Source of the DNA: a candidate division WWE3 bacterium
GTDB lineage: Bacteria > Patescibacteriota > WWE3 > 2-01-FULL-39-13
Direction of reading: 5' to 3'
DNA length: 44,459 nucleotides
Assembly: GCA_943354835.1 (NCBI GenBank)
Contig: CALRDH010000001.1
Span: 1 to 44,459, forward strand
Shown here: piece by piece, positions 8,005 to 17,274 of the stretch
How the letters are laid out: each line of letters begins with the position of its first letter
How positions within the stretch are numbered: the stretch's first letter is position 1
Translations under genes and position numbers: made by a program
The notes under the pieces: model-generated
Databases searched by the model: none
Seen by the model: the letters and a program-made list of their open reading frames with translations, nothing else
Told to the model about the DNA's origin: nothing

Positions 8005-9095
8005 TTTAACTTTTCTTCCACAAAATTTTTTATATTTTTTTGAAATTTTTCTTTTGTGAATTTTTTGGCGTGTTTTTTGATGAGCTCGTGATCAAATCCA
8101 ATTTTTTGCAACCTTCGTATTGCTCCTAACAAAGACTTTTCGTTTAGATCATCAAAAAACACGCCCGTCTTATCTTCTTCAACTGTCTCCAAATACCCTC
8201 CACTTTTTAATGCGATAACGGGCTTTCCATATGCCATAGGTTCAATTGCTGCAATTCCAAAATCCTCATTTTTCACTGCACAAACTACTGCTTTACAAGT
8301 TTTATACAAATGATCTTTTGTCTCTTCAGAAATTCTTCCTAACATTTTTATCGAACGATATTTTGATACAAGTTCCAAAAGCGTCTCCTCCTCGGAACCC
8401 GTTCCTGCAATTATTAATGGAATATTATTTTTACCAAATACTTTTATTAAAAAATCTATATTCTTATAACTTTCCAAACGTGAAATTACTAAATACGATT
8501 TGCTATCAATACTCAAAGTTTCGTTTTTAATATTTTGAGAATCAACTTGAGCAAATGGATATATTACTTCCGCATCCCTTTTATAAATTCTTTTTATTCG
8601 ATTTTGAACTTCTTTTGAATTGCATAAAAGAAAGTCTGGTCTTTTTGCGAACTCCTGATCTTTGCGTCGCAGGCAAAAATCAATCGGCCAAAGCAAAATT
8701 TTCATATACCAAGCATTTCGATTTTTTGTTGAGGTCTCGTATCCATATAAAAATCTTGGAGGCGTGTGTATATAACTTATATGAATTTGTTTTTCGTTCG
8801 TTTTAACGCCCTTTGCAAAATGCGCTGTAGAAGAAATCACTAAATCGTATTTTGACAAATCAAGATGCTCAAAATAAAAAGGTAAAAACAAAACTAATAA
8901 TTTTTTTGGAATGTATTTTCCCCAATTTGGAAAAAAGATTTTCGCACCTTTAAAAATTCCCAAAGAATCTAAAAGCTGCTTGTTATATGTCGCAGTATAG
9001 ACATCGGCCTCTGGAAAAACTTCAAAAACAGCGTTTGCTAAAACTTCGGCTCCTCCGTATACATCAAGGTAATCATGAACAATTGCAATTTTCAT
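7986..9095 (-). CDS. Glycosyltransferase family 4
   Basis: KIAIVHDYL..GGAE, SYIHTPPR, SRLESYK, EDFGIAAIEPMAYGKPVIA. Confidence 0.92.
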   Translation of the reverse strand: MKIAIVHDYLDVYGGAEVLANAVFEVFPEADVYTATYNKQLLDSLGIFKGAKIFFPNWGKYIPKKLLVLFLPFYFEHLDLSKYDLVISSTAHFAKGVKTNEKQIHISYIHTPPRFLYGYETSTKNRNAWYMKILLWPIDFCLRRKDQEFAKRPDFLLCNSKEVQNRIKRIYKRDAEVIYPFAQVDSQNIKNETLSIDSKSYLVISRLESYKNIDFLIKVFGKNNIPLIIAGTGSEEETLLELVSKYRSIKMLGRISEETKDHLYKTCKAVVCAVKNEDFGIAAIEPMAYGKPVIALKSGGYLETVEEDKTGVFFDDLNEKSLLGAIRRLQKIGFDHELIKKHAKKFTKEKFQKNIKNFVEEKLKWKSAL

Positions 9096-10033
9096 AATAA
9101 TTTAGGAGCAGTTCCTCTAATTTCAATCGACTTCTTTTCAAGCATATCCAACTTTCGATTTAAACTTCGAAATCCAAGCCTGTCAAAAATCCTTTGAACT
9201 TTTGAAACATCAAAATCATGAACTAAACAATCTTTCAAATTAAATTCCATTGGAATATTTGTAATTATAGTCGCAAGTTGCTTGCTCATAAAGGCTTCAT
9301 CTTTATCATCGATTAATTTTTTCTTGACCGAGGCTGACTTAATAGAATCTAAATTATCATAAATATTTTCGAGTGTTCCAAACTGTCCAATTAATTGTTT
9401 TGCCGTGACATCTCCAATTCCCATAACACCTGGAATTCCATCACTTGGATCACCTCGCAAGGCCTTATAATCAATCATCAACTTTGGTTCAAAAGTATAT
9501 TTTTCTTTAAATTTCTCGGAATCAAAAAGCTCGCTTTTAATATATGGAGGCCTTGCGGGCCTGTACACAAAAATCTTGTCATTAATTAATTGCAACAAAT
9601 CTTGATCAGCTGTAGAAATAACAACATCTAAATCTTTTGAAGCAACTGCGGACGCAGTTCCCAAAACATCGTCGCCTTCAAAACCGTTTTGTGTAAGACG
9701 TGGAATATTAAAAGCTTCAATTACTTCGATCACAAGAGGAAGTTGTTCTTTAAAAATATGGTCGTCCTCTGGCTCCATCGAAACACGCGCAAACTGATAA
9801 AGCGGATAAAGTTCCTTTCTAAAAGAAGGCTGATCTTCGCTTTCCCATCCACATGCAATATGTGTTGGATTCAATGTCAAAATCGACTCTAAAAGTGAAG
9901 AAGCAAAACCAAAAACAATATTTGTATGTTCACCAGTTGAAGCAACAAGATCCTTTGGATAAGCATGAAAACTTCGATGCAAAAAATAAAAAGTATCTAA
10001 AAGCAAAAGCTTATCGGAATTAGGCGAAGACAT
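9092..10033 (-). CDS. Stand-alone 5'-3' exonuclease/flap endonuclease (PolA N-terminal domain family)
   Basis: LLDTFYFLHRSFHA, GFEGDDVLG, TADQDLLQL, ALRGDPSDGIPGVMGIG; no polymerase domain; start moved to ATG 10033. Confidence 0.9.
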   Translation of the reverse strand: MSSPNSDKLLLLDTFYFLHRSFHAYPKDLVASTGEHTNIVFGFASSLLESILTLNPTHIACGWESEDQPSFRKELYPLYQFARVSMEPEDDHIFKEQLPLVIEVIEAFNIPRLTQNGFEGDDVLGTASAVASKDLDVVISTADQDLLQLINDKIFVYRPARPPYIKSELFDSEKFKEKYTFEPKLMIDYKALRGDPSDGIPGVMGIGDVTAKQLIGQFGTLENIYDNLDSIKSASVKKKLIDDKDEAFMSKQLATIITNIPMEFNLKDCLVHDFDVSKVQRIFDRLGFRSLNRKLDMLEKKSIEIRGTAPKLL

Positions 10034-10068
10034 GTAGAAAATATAGCATGAAAATGAAAAGGGAACTT

Positions 10069-10192
10069 CAGACGAAGGGAGGGGGGATAATTGATACGAT
10101 GTCTTGTCGCGTGACAAGAATTTTGTCGATGTTGCCCCCTCCCCGGCTAGTAAGCTCTAGCCAAAAACTGGTACGCCCAGTTTTCTCGTCTG
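10069..10192 (+). ncRNA. Unassigned structured element (four-way junction), candidate ncRNA or ssDNA element
   Basis: Four stems with 1-nt linkers paired by eye; 64/124 G+C; G-U pairs favour the + strand. Confidence 0.5.
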
Positions 10193-10229
10193 CGGAAAAT
10201 TTTAATATATGAGACATCTAGTGTCAATT

Positions 10230-10763
10230 TTATGTTTTCCAAATTGATTCTTCAATTTTTTCCTTGCGGTTTACATATCGTGCCATTACGAATAGCAAGT
10301 CGGAGAGCCGATTTAAATATGGTAAAAATGTTTCGATAGAAGGACTTTTTAATGAAACTGCATATCGTTCGACTTTACGAGCAAATGTCCTTGCATAATG
10401 AATGTGGGAAGAGGCAATACAGCCTCCAGGAAGAATAAAATTAGTAAGCCGAAGTAATAGCTTTTCATAATCATCAATCGTTTTTTCAATGTTTTCCACC
10501 TCTTTAAGCGAATCAAACTTTAACTTTCCGCCTGCACAAATTGCGCCAACAACAAATAAATCTTTTTGTATTTCTTCTAAAACATCTATATCTTGAGAAA
10601 AATCAAAATCCGCCTCATACAAATTACTAACACAAATTCCAACATAAGAATTCAACTCATCCAAAAGCCCAATAAATTCAACAACCTTTGAATCCTTTTG
10701 AACCCTTTGACCATTTGCTAAACCAGTCGTTCCCTTATCACCAGTCCTTGTATAAATAGACAT
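10230..10763 (-). CDS. ATP:cob(I)alamin adenosyltransferase, PduO type
   Basis: IYTRTGDKGTTGL, DELNS, FILPGG, ARTFARKVER, YLNRLSDLLFVMAR. Confidence 0.93.
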   Translation of the reverse strand: MSIYTRTGDKGTTGLANGQRVQKDSKVVEFIGLLDELNSYVGICVSNLYEADFDFSQDIDVLEEIQKDLFVVGAICAGGKLKFDSLKEVENIEKTIDDYEKLLLRLTNFILPGGCIASSHIHYARTFARKVERYAVSLKSPSIETFLPYLNRLSDLLFVMARYVNRKEKIEESIWKT

Positions 10764-10784
10764 ATAGGAAGATTACAGCAAAAA

Positions 10785-11345
10785 TCAAAAAGAATTCAAT
10801 TGGAAATCGATTTCATCCGCCATATCAAATACTTTCGGAGACAATCTTACAACCAAAGAATTTGCAATTGCAGTTTTTGGCTCACTTCGGCAATCAGGGT
10901 CATAAGGTGAAACCTCGGATGAGATTTTAAATAAGTTTGACGGAATATAGAGACGATTTGTTAGAAAATCTATACATCTCTGTTCGTCATTATCACCTTG
11001 CGTCCAAGTTATACGATTTAAAGTATCGTGACGAGACACGCCCCAACATCTTTGAGCTTCAATTATAGTTCTCCACATTAACGCAACACCATAACCATTT
11101 TCCGTAAAACCATCCTCCACCTTTAAATAATATGGAGGACGACCAATCTCAACAACGTTATATCTCAAAAAAGAAAATCCACAAGAACCAACTGACGCCC
11201 CATTTAATCCAATTTTGACGACATGAATCCCATAGCTTTTATCAAATACAGTTTCAGTAGAAATCCCTCGAGTAGAAAGAATCTCAACGATTGGAGAACA
11301 TTCGAATTTACTTCCTCCTTCTATATATGGGTTAATTGGGCTCAC
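10785..11345 (-). CDS. Hypothetical protein, possibly GNAT-like
   Basis: 186-aa ORF, GTG start; VEDGFTENGYGVALM resembles GNAT motif A. Confidence 0.5.
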   Translation of the reverse strand: MSPINPYIEGGSKFECSPIVEILSTRGISTETVFDKSYGIHVVKIGLNGASVGSCGFSFLRYNVVEIGRPPYYLKVEDGFTENGYGVALMWRTIIEAQRCWGVSRHDTLNRITWTQGDNDEQRCIDFLTNRLYIPSNLFKISSEVSPYDPDCRSEPKTAIANSLVVRLSPKVFDMADEIDFQLNSF

Positions 11346-11390
11346 GATAATTTATTTCAAGACAGGATACAAAATTCCAGTTATTTTAGT

Positions 11391-11999
11391 TTATTTCTCC
11401 AGACTTTGCCAGAGTGCAATTGAGCCAAAGGTTTTGTAGGGCTCCCATTTTTTAATTATTTCTGTAATTTGAGATGTAGTCGGATTTTTTAATCCATATA
11501 CTTTTTCTATTCCATTTTTGAGTCCTAAGTCTTTGTATGAAAATATGTTTGGCCGTTTTAATGTGAACATAAGAAACATTTCTGCTGTCCATGTTCCAAT
11601 TCCTTTTATTCTTGTGAGTTCTTTTGTAACATCTTCTTCACTTAATTTATCTAGATCATTTAGGAATACTTCGCAATTTTGAACTTTCCCCGCAAGGTCT
11701 TTGATGTATGAAACTTTTGCCCATGACAAACCAACATCTCGAAGGCTTTGATCTGAATACTTGAGGATACTTTCTGGATTAACATTTAATTCGTTGGAAC
11801 TAAAAAGAATTAGGAACTTTTTATATATTGCGGCAGCAGCTTTCGAAGAAAGCTGCTGCCCTACAATATCCCTACACAAAGCTACAAAATATCTATCAGG
11901 CAAAACTTCACCACCAAACCAATTATTAAGATTTACTTTTTTTAAAATTTCAAAAATCAAAGGATCAGAAGACTTAAAATGATTTAATATTTTATCCAT
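11391..11999 (-). CDS. alkA: DNA-3-methyladenine glycosylase II (AlkA/HhH-GPD)
   Basis: IVGQQLSSKAA, IKGIGTWTAEMFLMF, D in SYKDLG, WEPYKT; start at ATG 11999 via TAATG overlap. Confidence 0.88.
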   Translation of the reverse strand: MDKILNHFKSSDPLIFEILKKVNLNNWFGGEVLPDRYFVALCRDIVGQQLSSKAAAAIYKKFLILFSSNELNVNPESILKYSDQSLRDVGLSWAKVSYIKDLAGKVQNCEVFLNDLDKLSEEDVTKELTRIKGIGTWTAEMFLMFTLKRPNIFSYKDLGLKNGIEKVYGLKNPTTSQITEIIKKWEPYKTFGSIALWQSLEK

Positions 12000-12496
12000 T
12001 ACCAATCTATACAGTATTTGATATATTCTTCAAGTTTTTCTTTTTCTATTTCGTAAGGAGAAACAATACAATCTTTTGGCAATATAAAAGATTTATTCTT
12101 AAAAAATGCAAAAATCCCCATAAGAACCTGTTCAGTTTGTCTTATCGCTTCAACGCTTTTACCAATTGCAACAAATCCAATTTTTTTCTTATCATATACA
12201 GTGACTTCATTAACAAGATCAAAAAAATTCTTTAATAAACCAGGGATCCCATGATGATATGTTGGCACAACAAAAATCAAAATATCCGCCCATGCCATAT
12301 TCTCTAAATCAATCTTTTGAACTTCATTTGCATTAGAGAAATTAATATAATCGCCTCTAAAAAGCTGATCGAAATTATCAAGAGTTACGATATTCGCATC
12401 GTGCCCAAAATCTTTAACAATTTGTGCAACAGCCTTCGTAGTTTTTATTGAATTGTTACCCAAACGATTAGTTCCGTTAATTAAAGTAAATTTCAT
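11999..12496 (-). CDS. NAD(P)H-dependent FMN reductase (flavodoxin-like)
   Basis: GTNRLGNNS, PTYHHGIPGLLKNFFD. Confidence 0.85.
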   Translation of the reverse strand: MKFTLINGTNRLGNNSIKTTKAVAQIVKDFGHDANIVTLDNFDQLFRGDYINFSNANEVQKIDLENMAWADILIFVVPTYHHGIPGLLKNFFDLVNEVTVYDKKKIGFVAIGKSVEAIRQTEQVLMGIFAFFKNKSFILPKDCIVSPYEIEKEKLEEYIKYCIDW

Positions 12497-12993
12497 AAAG
12501 TGACCTTAGGGAATGCTATCTTAAACCAATAAGTATATTTATCAGGATTTTCTTTTATATCTAGTAAAACTTCTTCTCTTGTCGCCCATTTCCATTCTTC
12601 TACTTTTTCTGGATTGGAGACAGGATCCTCATTATACTTTCCAACAATTACGTGATCAAATTCATTTTCAGTAATTCCATTATCAAATTCGTGTTTATAT
12701 GAAAAAGTGAATATTTCCTTAACCTCTGTATCAAAACCCATTTCCTCAACTAATCTACGATGAGCGGCAGAAATTGTGTCTTCACCAGGTGCAGGATGAC
12801 TACATACTGTATTTGTCCAAAGTCCACCAGAGTGATATTTTGAAATCGCACGCCTTTGTAATAAAAGCTCATTCTTGTCGTTAAAAATAAAAATGGAAAA
12901 GGCGCGATGTAAAAGCTTCTTTTTATGAGCCTCTAATTTTTCACACGTGCCAATTGGAGTATCTTTTTCATCTACTAAAATTACATCTGCCAT
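12493..12993 (-). CDS. idi: Isopentenyl-diphosphate delta-isomerase type 1
   Basis: LHRAFSIF, LLQRRA..KY, WTNTVCSHP, RRLVEEMG, ENEFDHV, YTYWF; true start MADVILVDE at 12993. Confidence 0.93.
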   Translation of the reverse strand: MADVILVDEKDTPIGTCEKLEAHKKKLLHRAFSIFIFNDKNELLLQRRAISKYHSGGLWTNTVCSHPAPGEDTISAAHRRLVEEMGFDTEVKEIFTFSYKHEFDNGITENEFDHVIVGKYNEDPVSNPEKVEEWKWATREEVLLDIKENPDKYTYWFKIAFPKVTL

Positions 12994-13013
12994 AGGAAGA
13001 ATAATAACATATC

Positions 13014-13090
13014 TGGTCGGGGTGACAGGACTTGAACCTGTGGCCTCAAGACCCCCAGCCTTGCGCGCTAGCCAACTGCGCCACACCCCG
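13014..13090 (-). tRNA. tRNA-Pro(GGG)
   Basis: CGGGGTG/CACCCCG-A-CCA, anticodon loop CT-GGG-GG, GGTTCAAGTCC. Confidence 0.95.
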
Positions 13091-13167
13091 ATGAATACAT
13101 CGGCTGGCAAACTTGTTTCCAACCCGTGGCGAAGTATGACAATCTGATAAAAAGGGTAGCCCCCATA

Positions 13168-13575
13168 TTAACGTTTCGAATATTGTGGTCTTGCTCTTGC
13201 GCCTTTTAAGAATGGTTTCTTTCTTTCTTTTTCTCTTGAATCTCTTGTAACAAGACCTGTAGATCTTAAAATTCCTTTGAATTCAGCATTATAATTAATA
13301 AGTGCACGAGCAATTCCAAGTCTAACAGCTTCTACTTGTCCTACAATTCCTCCACCATAGACTTTTATTGTTGCGCTAAATTTTGCTTGAGGATGAGAAA
13401 CGCCAACTGCATGAAATGGTTTAACCCATTCTAATGTTTCTTCTTGTCCAGAAAAAAACTCTGCGACTGGTTTATCATTTACCATGATTTCGCCCTTCTC
13501 ATCATATAACCAAACACTTGCAACAGATCTTTTTCTTCTTCCAGTTCCTGAAAAGAATTCTAATTTTTTACTCAT
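13168..13575 (-). CDS. rpsI: 30S ribosomal protein S9
   Basis: GTGRRKRSVA, GGGIVGQ, RDSREKERKK, QYSKR. Confidence 0.96.
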   Translation of the reverse strand: MSKKLEFFSGTGRRKRSVASVWLYDEKGEIMVNDKPVAEFFSGQEETLEWVKPFHAVGVSHPQAKFSATIKVYGGGIVGQVEAVRLGIARALINYNAEFKGILRSTGLVTRDSREKERKKPFLKGARARPQYSKR

Positions 13576-13999
13576 TTGTTGCTCCCTTCATTTGCGCTGT
13601 GTGAGGATGCTTATCATCTTCATATATATATAAATTGGCTAATCTATCATTTCTTAATCTGTTTTTTGGAAGCATACCTGTTATTGAATCTAATATAATT
13701 CTTTTTGAATTGTGCTCTCTTACCTGGCCTAAATTCTTTGTACGAAGATTTCCAACAGTTCCTGAATGTGAATAATACATTTTATGTAATTCTTTTGTAC
13801 CTGTTACTGCAACTTTTTTTGAATTATAAACAACAACCTTGTCTCCCATATTCAAATATGGAACATAATTAACTTTATTCTTGCCAGTAAGCAGTACACA
13901 AACGCTTGCTGATAATCTTCCTAAAACCTTATTGTCAGCATTTATAAAATGCCAATTGTATTTTTGTTCCGACTTTGTTGTCGCGTGTGTTGAATTCAT
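13568..13999 (-). CDS. rplM: 50S ribosomal protein L13
   Basis: WHFINA..LGRL, GDKVVV, GMLPKN, HPHTAQ. Confidence 0.96.
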   Translation of the reverse strand: MNSTHATTKSEQKYNWHFINADNKVLGRLSASVCVLLTGKNKVNYVPYLNMGDKVVVYNSKKVAVTGTKELHKMYYSHSGTVGNLRTKNLGQVREHNSKRIILDSITGMLPKNRLRNDRLANLYIYEDDKHPHTAQMKGATNE

Positions 14000-14484
14000 T
14001 TTGTAACCTCTACTTTTTCCTTTTTAACTACTTTAGCCTTTGGTTTTGGCTCCGCTTTTGCTATTACTTTTGTTTTTACTTCTTTAACTTTTACGTCTTT
14101 AATAACTTCAGATTTTTCAGCCTTTTTCAAATCTTCAACAAAAGAAATTTCAGCCATTTTTGAAACATCTCCGCTTCTTGGGACCATCTTCAAAATCCTT
14201 GTGTATCCGCCGTTTCTGCCTACAAACATAGGGCCAATCTGCTCTATAAGCTTTGAGACTAATAGTTTATCACCGATTCTACTTATTAAAAGTCTTCGTG
14301 TACTTAAAGTATCAATTCTAGACATAGTAATGATTTTTTCAATTTCTGGTCTCAAAAATTTTGCTTTTGGAAGCGTTGTGCTAATTTTCCCATGTTCAAT
14401 TAAACTTTTCATAAGTCCAATTAGAAGGGCCTTTCTTGACGACGTATTTCTATTAAATTTTTTACCAAGCTTTCTATGCCTCAT
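13996..14484 (-). CDS. rplQ: 50S ribosomal protein L17 (Lys-rich C-terminal tail)
   Basis: MRHRK, TTLPKAK, RNGGYTRI. Confidence 0.96.
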   Translation of the reverse strand: MRHRKLGKKFNRNTSSRKALLIGLMKSLIEHGKISTTLPKAKFLRPEIEKIITMSRIDTLSTRRLLISRIGDKLLVSKLIEQIGPMFVGRNGGYTRILKMVPRSGDVSKMAEISFVEDLKKAEKSEVIKDVKVKEVKTKVIAKAEPKPKAKVVKKEKVEVTK

Positions 14485-14487
14485 TTT

Positions 14488-15426
14488 TTACTTTAAACCT
14501 TCTTTTTCTAATAACGATAAAATTTCTCTAATTGATTTTTCACCTAAATTTCGAACTCTTAACAAATCATCTTCGGATCTATCTGCTAGATCTCCTAAAG
14601 TCTTGATTCCAGCCTTTTTAAGAGCATTTATAGTTCTTGTTGGCAAATGTAGCTCTTCAAGAACAACTTCATCAGCTTGAGTCTGTGTTGACATTGAAGA
14701 CTCGGATGAATTTGCTTCTTCTAGCTCTTTTTCATCTGCTTCTGTGAAATCTTCGCCAGTTTCTACTTTATGAAAAAATCCTTTTAACATTTTTGAAGCT
14801 TCTCTGATTGCATCAACTGGATCCATAGTTCCATCTGTCATTACAGTCATAGTCAATTCATCAAAGTTAGTATCTGCTCCAACTCTTGTATCATTAACTT
14901 CCATAACTACATTTACAATAGGTGAAAAGTTTGCATCCATTGCAACATGACCAATTGGCATCGAAACGGCTTCGTTTGCTGGTACATATCCATATCCATC
15001 ATTTACTGTTAGTTTTGCTGTAAGTTTTGATTTCTTGTCTGAAAGAGAAGTTATCATTAATTCTGGATTTACAACTTCGACTCCAGCTACCTTTTCGATA
15101 TCGGAAGCTTTAACATCTTTTGGTCCGACTTCATTTAATTCAAGAACAACTGGACCTTCTATCGACTTTTTAAATCTAACTTGTTTTAAAGCCAATAAAA
15201 TATGAAGGACATCATCTTTTGCACCAGAAATAGTATCGAATTGGTGTGAAATTCCATCAATGCTAACGCTTGTTATTGCAGCACCCTTCATAGAGGAATA
15301 TAAAGATCTTCTTATCGCATTACCTATCGTGAAACCAAATCCTTTGACAAGAGGCGTAATTTTAACGGTAGCTTTATTACCTTTAGACTCTACAATCTTA
15401 AGATTTATCTTTGTTGTGTTGTACAT
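14488..15426 (-). CDS. rpoA: RNA polymerase alpha subunit
   Basis: PLVKGFGFTIGNAIRR, DANFSPI, alpha-CTD RNLGEKS. Confidence 0.96.
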   Translation of the reverse strand: MYNTTKINLKIVESKGNKATVKITPLVKGFGFTIGNAIRRSLYSSMKGAAITSVSIDGISHQFDTISGAKDDVLHILLALKQVRFKKSIEGPVVLELNEVGPKDVKASDIEKVAGVEVVNPELMITSLSDKKSKLTAKLTVNDGYGYVPANEAVSMPIGHVAMDANFSPIVNVVMEVNDTRVGADTNFDELTMTVMTDGTMDPVDAIREASKMLKGFFHKVETGEDFTEADEKELEEANSSESSMSTQTQADEVVLEELHLPTRTINALKKAGIKTLGDLADRSEDDLLRVRNLGEKSIREILSLLEKEGLK

Positions 15427-15471
15427 TTATCTTTTTGTTTCGAACCAAATCGAAGACATACTATCTTCGGT

Positions 15472-16071
15472 TTAGCGCGAATAATATTCAACTATTAGCT
15501 GCTCATCAATTTCATAACCAATATCTTCTCTAACGGGCAATCGTAATACCTTTACGCCTTTATTTTTTACATCCCATGCTAACCAAGCTGGAAATTCAGA
15601 TTCTTCCTGCGGTCTTGAATCTGCAACTACATAAGAAATCATATCGTTTGCAGAAACTTGATAAGCTGGAAGATCAACCAGTTTTCCATTCACATTAATT
15701 TTTTTATGTCTAATCAATTGTCTTGCTGCCTGTCTTGAAGATGCAAATCCCGCTGAAAAAACAGCATTATCTAATCTTGATTCAAGCTGTTGAAGGAATA
15801 TATCTCCTGTAACACCTGGAATTTTTGCAGCTTTCTCATAATACGTCTTGAATTGTGCTTCTAAAAGACCATAGATTCTCTTTACTTTTTGTTTTTCTCT
15901 TAAATGCTTTCCGTAATCAGAAACTCTAGATCGACCTCTAAAATGTTGACCTGGAATTTGAGCCCTTTTTGAAAGTGCACACTTTTCAGTTGCGCATCTA
16001 GTACCCTTCAAAAAAAGCTTAACTCCTTCTCTTCTACATAATCTGCATTTTGGTCCTGTATAACGTGCCAT
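15472..16071 (-). CDS. rpsD: 30S ribosomal protein S4 (zinc-binding form)
   Basis: MARYTGPKCRLCRREG, LESRLDN, IVEYYSR. Confidence 0.97.
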   Translation of the reverse strand: MARYTGPKCRLCRREGVKLFLKGTRCATEKCALSKRAQIPGQHFRGRSRVSDYGKHLREKQKVKRIYGLLEAQFKTYYEKAAKIPGVTGDIFLQQLESRLDNAVFSAGFASSRQAARQLIRHKKINVNGKLVDLPAYQVSANDMISYVVADSRPQEESEFPAWLAWDVKNKGVKVLRLPVREDIGYEIDEQLIVEYYSR

Positions 16072-16481
16072 TAGACTCTTCTCCTTTTTTTAGGTCTACA
16101 ACCATTATGTGCAATTGGAGTCACATCAACTATCTTATTAATAATTAGCCCACCATTTCGTAACGCCTTAACGCATTGTGATTTACCACTTCCAACTCCC
16201 TTTATATAAGCACTTACTTCTTTAATTCCTTTTGTAACTGCTTGTCTTGCAGTATTTTGTCCAACTATAGTGGCTGCGTATGGTGTTGATTTTCTTGAAC
16301 CTTTAAAATTATTAGCTCCAGAAGCTCCCCAACAAATAGTATTGCCGTCTAAATCAGTAATTGTAACGATGGTATTGTTGTAGCCTGAAAAGACATATGC
16401 CTTTCCTTGTGGCATAACTTCCTTTTTGGCTGATGTTTTCTTTACTTTTGTTTCTTTTTTTACAATTTCTTTTTTAGCCAT
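16071..16481 (-). CDS. rpsK: 30S ribosomal protein S11
   Basis: NNTIVTITD, GSRKSTPYAA, HNGCRPKKRRRV. Confidence 0.97.
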   Translation of the reverse strand: MAKKEIVKKETKVKKTSAKKEVMPQGKAYVFSGYNNTIVTITDLDGNTICWGASGANNFKGSRKSTPYAATIVGQNTARQAVTKGIKEVSAYIKGVGSGKSQCVKALRNGGLIINKIVDVTPIAHNGCRPKKRRRV

Positions 16482-16487
16482 AATATT

Positions 16488-16877
16488 TTACGTCTTAGAT
16501 ACTGTTTTTAGATTTGCTCCACCTACGGCAATTCTTTTACCTCTTTTAGTTCTTGCGTTCTTTTGAGTCTTTTGGCCTCTTACAGGAAGATTCTTTGTGT
16601 GCCTATTTCCTCTGTAGCACTGAATATCTTTATACCTTTTAATATTTTGCGAAACGACTCTTTTTAATTCCCCTTCAACCATATATTGAGATTTATCAAT
16701 TACGTTTCTAATCATTGAGATTTGATTCTCATCTAAATCCTTAGCTCTTACATCTTCGCTTACTTTTGCTTTACTCAAAATCTTTTTTGCTGTCGATAGA
16801 CCAATTCCATAAATATATGTTAGTGCTATTACTACTCTTTTACTTTCTGGTATATCTACACCAATAATTCTAGGCAT
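16488..16877 (-). CDS. rpsM: 30S ribosomal protein S13
   Basis: [23 protein letters not shown]. Confidence 0.97.
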   Translation of the reverse strand: MPRIIGVDIPESKRVVIALTYIYGIGLSTAKKILSKAKVSEDVRAKDLDENQISMIRNVIDKSQYMVEGELKRVVSQNIKRYKDIQCYRGNRHTKNLPVRGQKTQKNARTKRGKRIAVGGANLKTVSKT

Positions 16878-16884
16878 ATATTAA

Positions 16885-17001
16885 TTATCCTTGTCTCTGC
16901 TTATGCTTTGGATTTGCATCGCAGATAATATATACTACTCCAACTCTTCTGACAACTTTACAACTCCTACAGATTTTTTTAACACTTGCACGTACTTTCA
17001 T
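16885..17001 (-). CDS. rpmJ: 50S ribosomal protein L36 (missing from the ORF track)
   Basis: Manual translation [38 protein letters not shown]. Confidence 0.96.
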   Translation of the reverse strand: MKVRASVKKICRSCKVVRRVGVVYIICDANPKHKQRQG

Positions 17002-17030
17002 AGTTTTAATATCAACTGGGCGAGAAAAAT

Positions 17031-17258
17031 TTATTTAAAACGATATACAATACGGCATGTATTATCATCGTACTCACTGAACTCAACCTTTACCATATCA
17101 CCTGCAAGAATCCAAATTTTGAATCTTCGCATTTTACCTGAAAGGTAGCCTGTGACTTCTTTTTCTTCATCCTTAAGTTTAATTACAAATTTACCGTCCG
17201 GTAATGCTTCTAAAACAATTCCTTCTTTTACAATAAAGTCTTTTTTTGCCACTGGCAT
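17031..17258 (-). CDS. infA: Translation initiation factor IF-1
   Basis: [24 protein letters not shown]. Confidence 0.95.
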   Translation of the reverse strand: MPVAKKDFIVKEGIVLEALPDGKFVIKLKDEEKEVTGYLSGKMRRFKIWILAGDMVKVEFSEYDDNTCRIVYRFK

Positions 17259-17274
17259 ATTCTAGCATAAATGC

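Noticed and set aside
10034-10117. N-terminal extension of the 5'-3' exonuclease
   Set aside because: It overlaps the structured element and the promoter; the family begins near KLLLLD
10069-10192. Cobalamin riboswitch or tRNA as the identity of the structured element
   Set aside because: It lies downstream of the PduO-type gene, shows no recognisable B12 box, and has no T-loop, D-loop or CCA
12994-13122. N-terminal extension of idi in the ORF track
   Set aside because: It runs through tRNA-Pro; homology and a TGtTATTAT box support the start at 12993
13149-13164. Possible terminator after rpsI (GGGGG-CTA-CCCTTTTT on the minus strand)
   Set aside because: The stem has only three Watson-Crick pairs plus G-U pairs; too weak to call
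15447-15473. Hairpin between rpsD and rpoA
   Set aside because: Short, with a mismatch on the coding strand and no U-tract; an ordinary intercistronic stem at most
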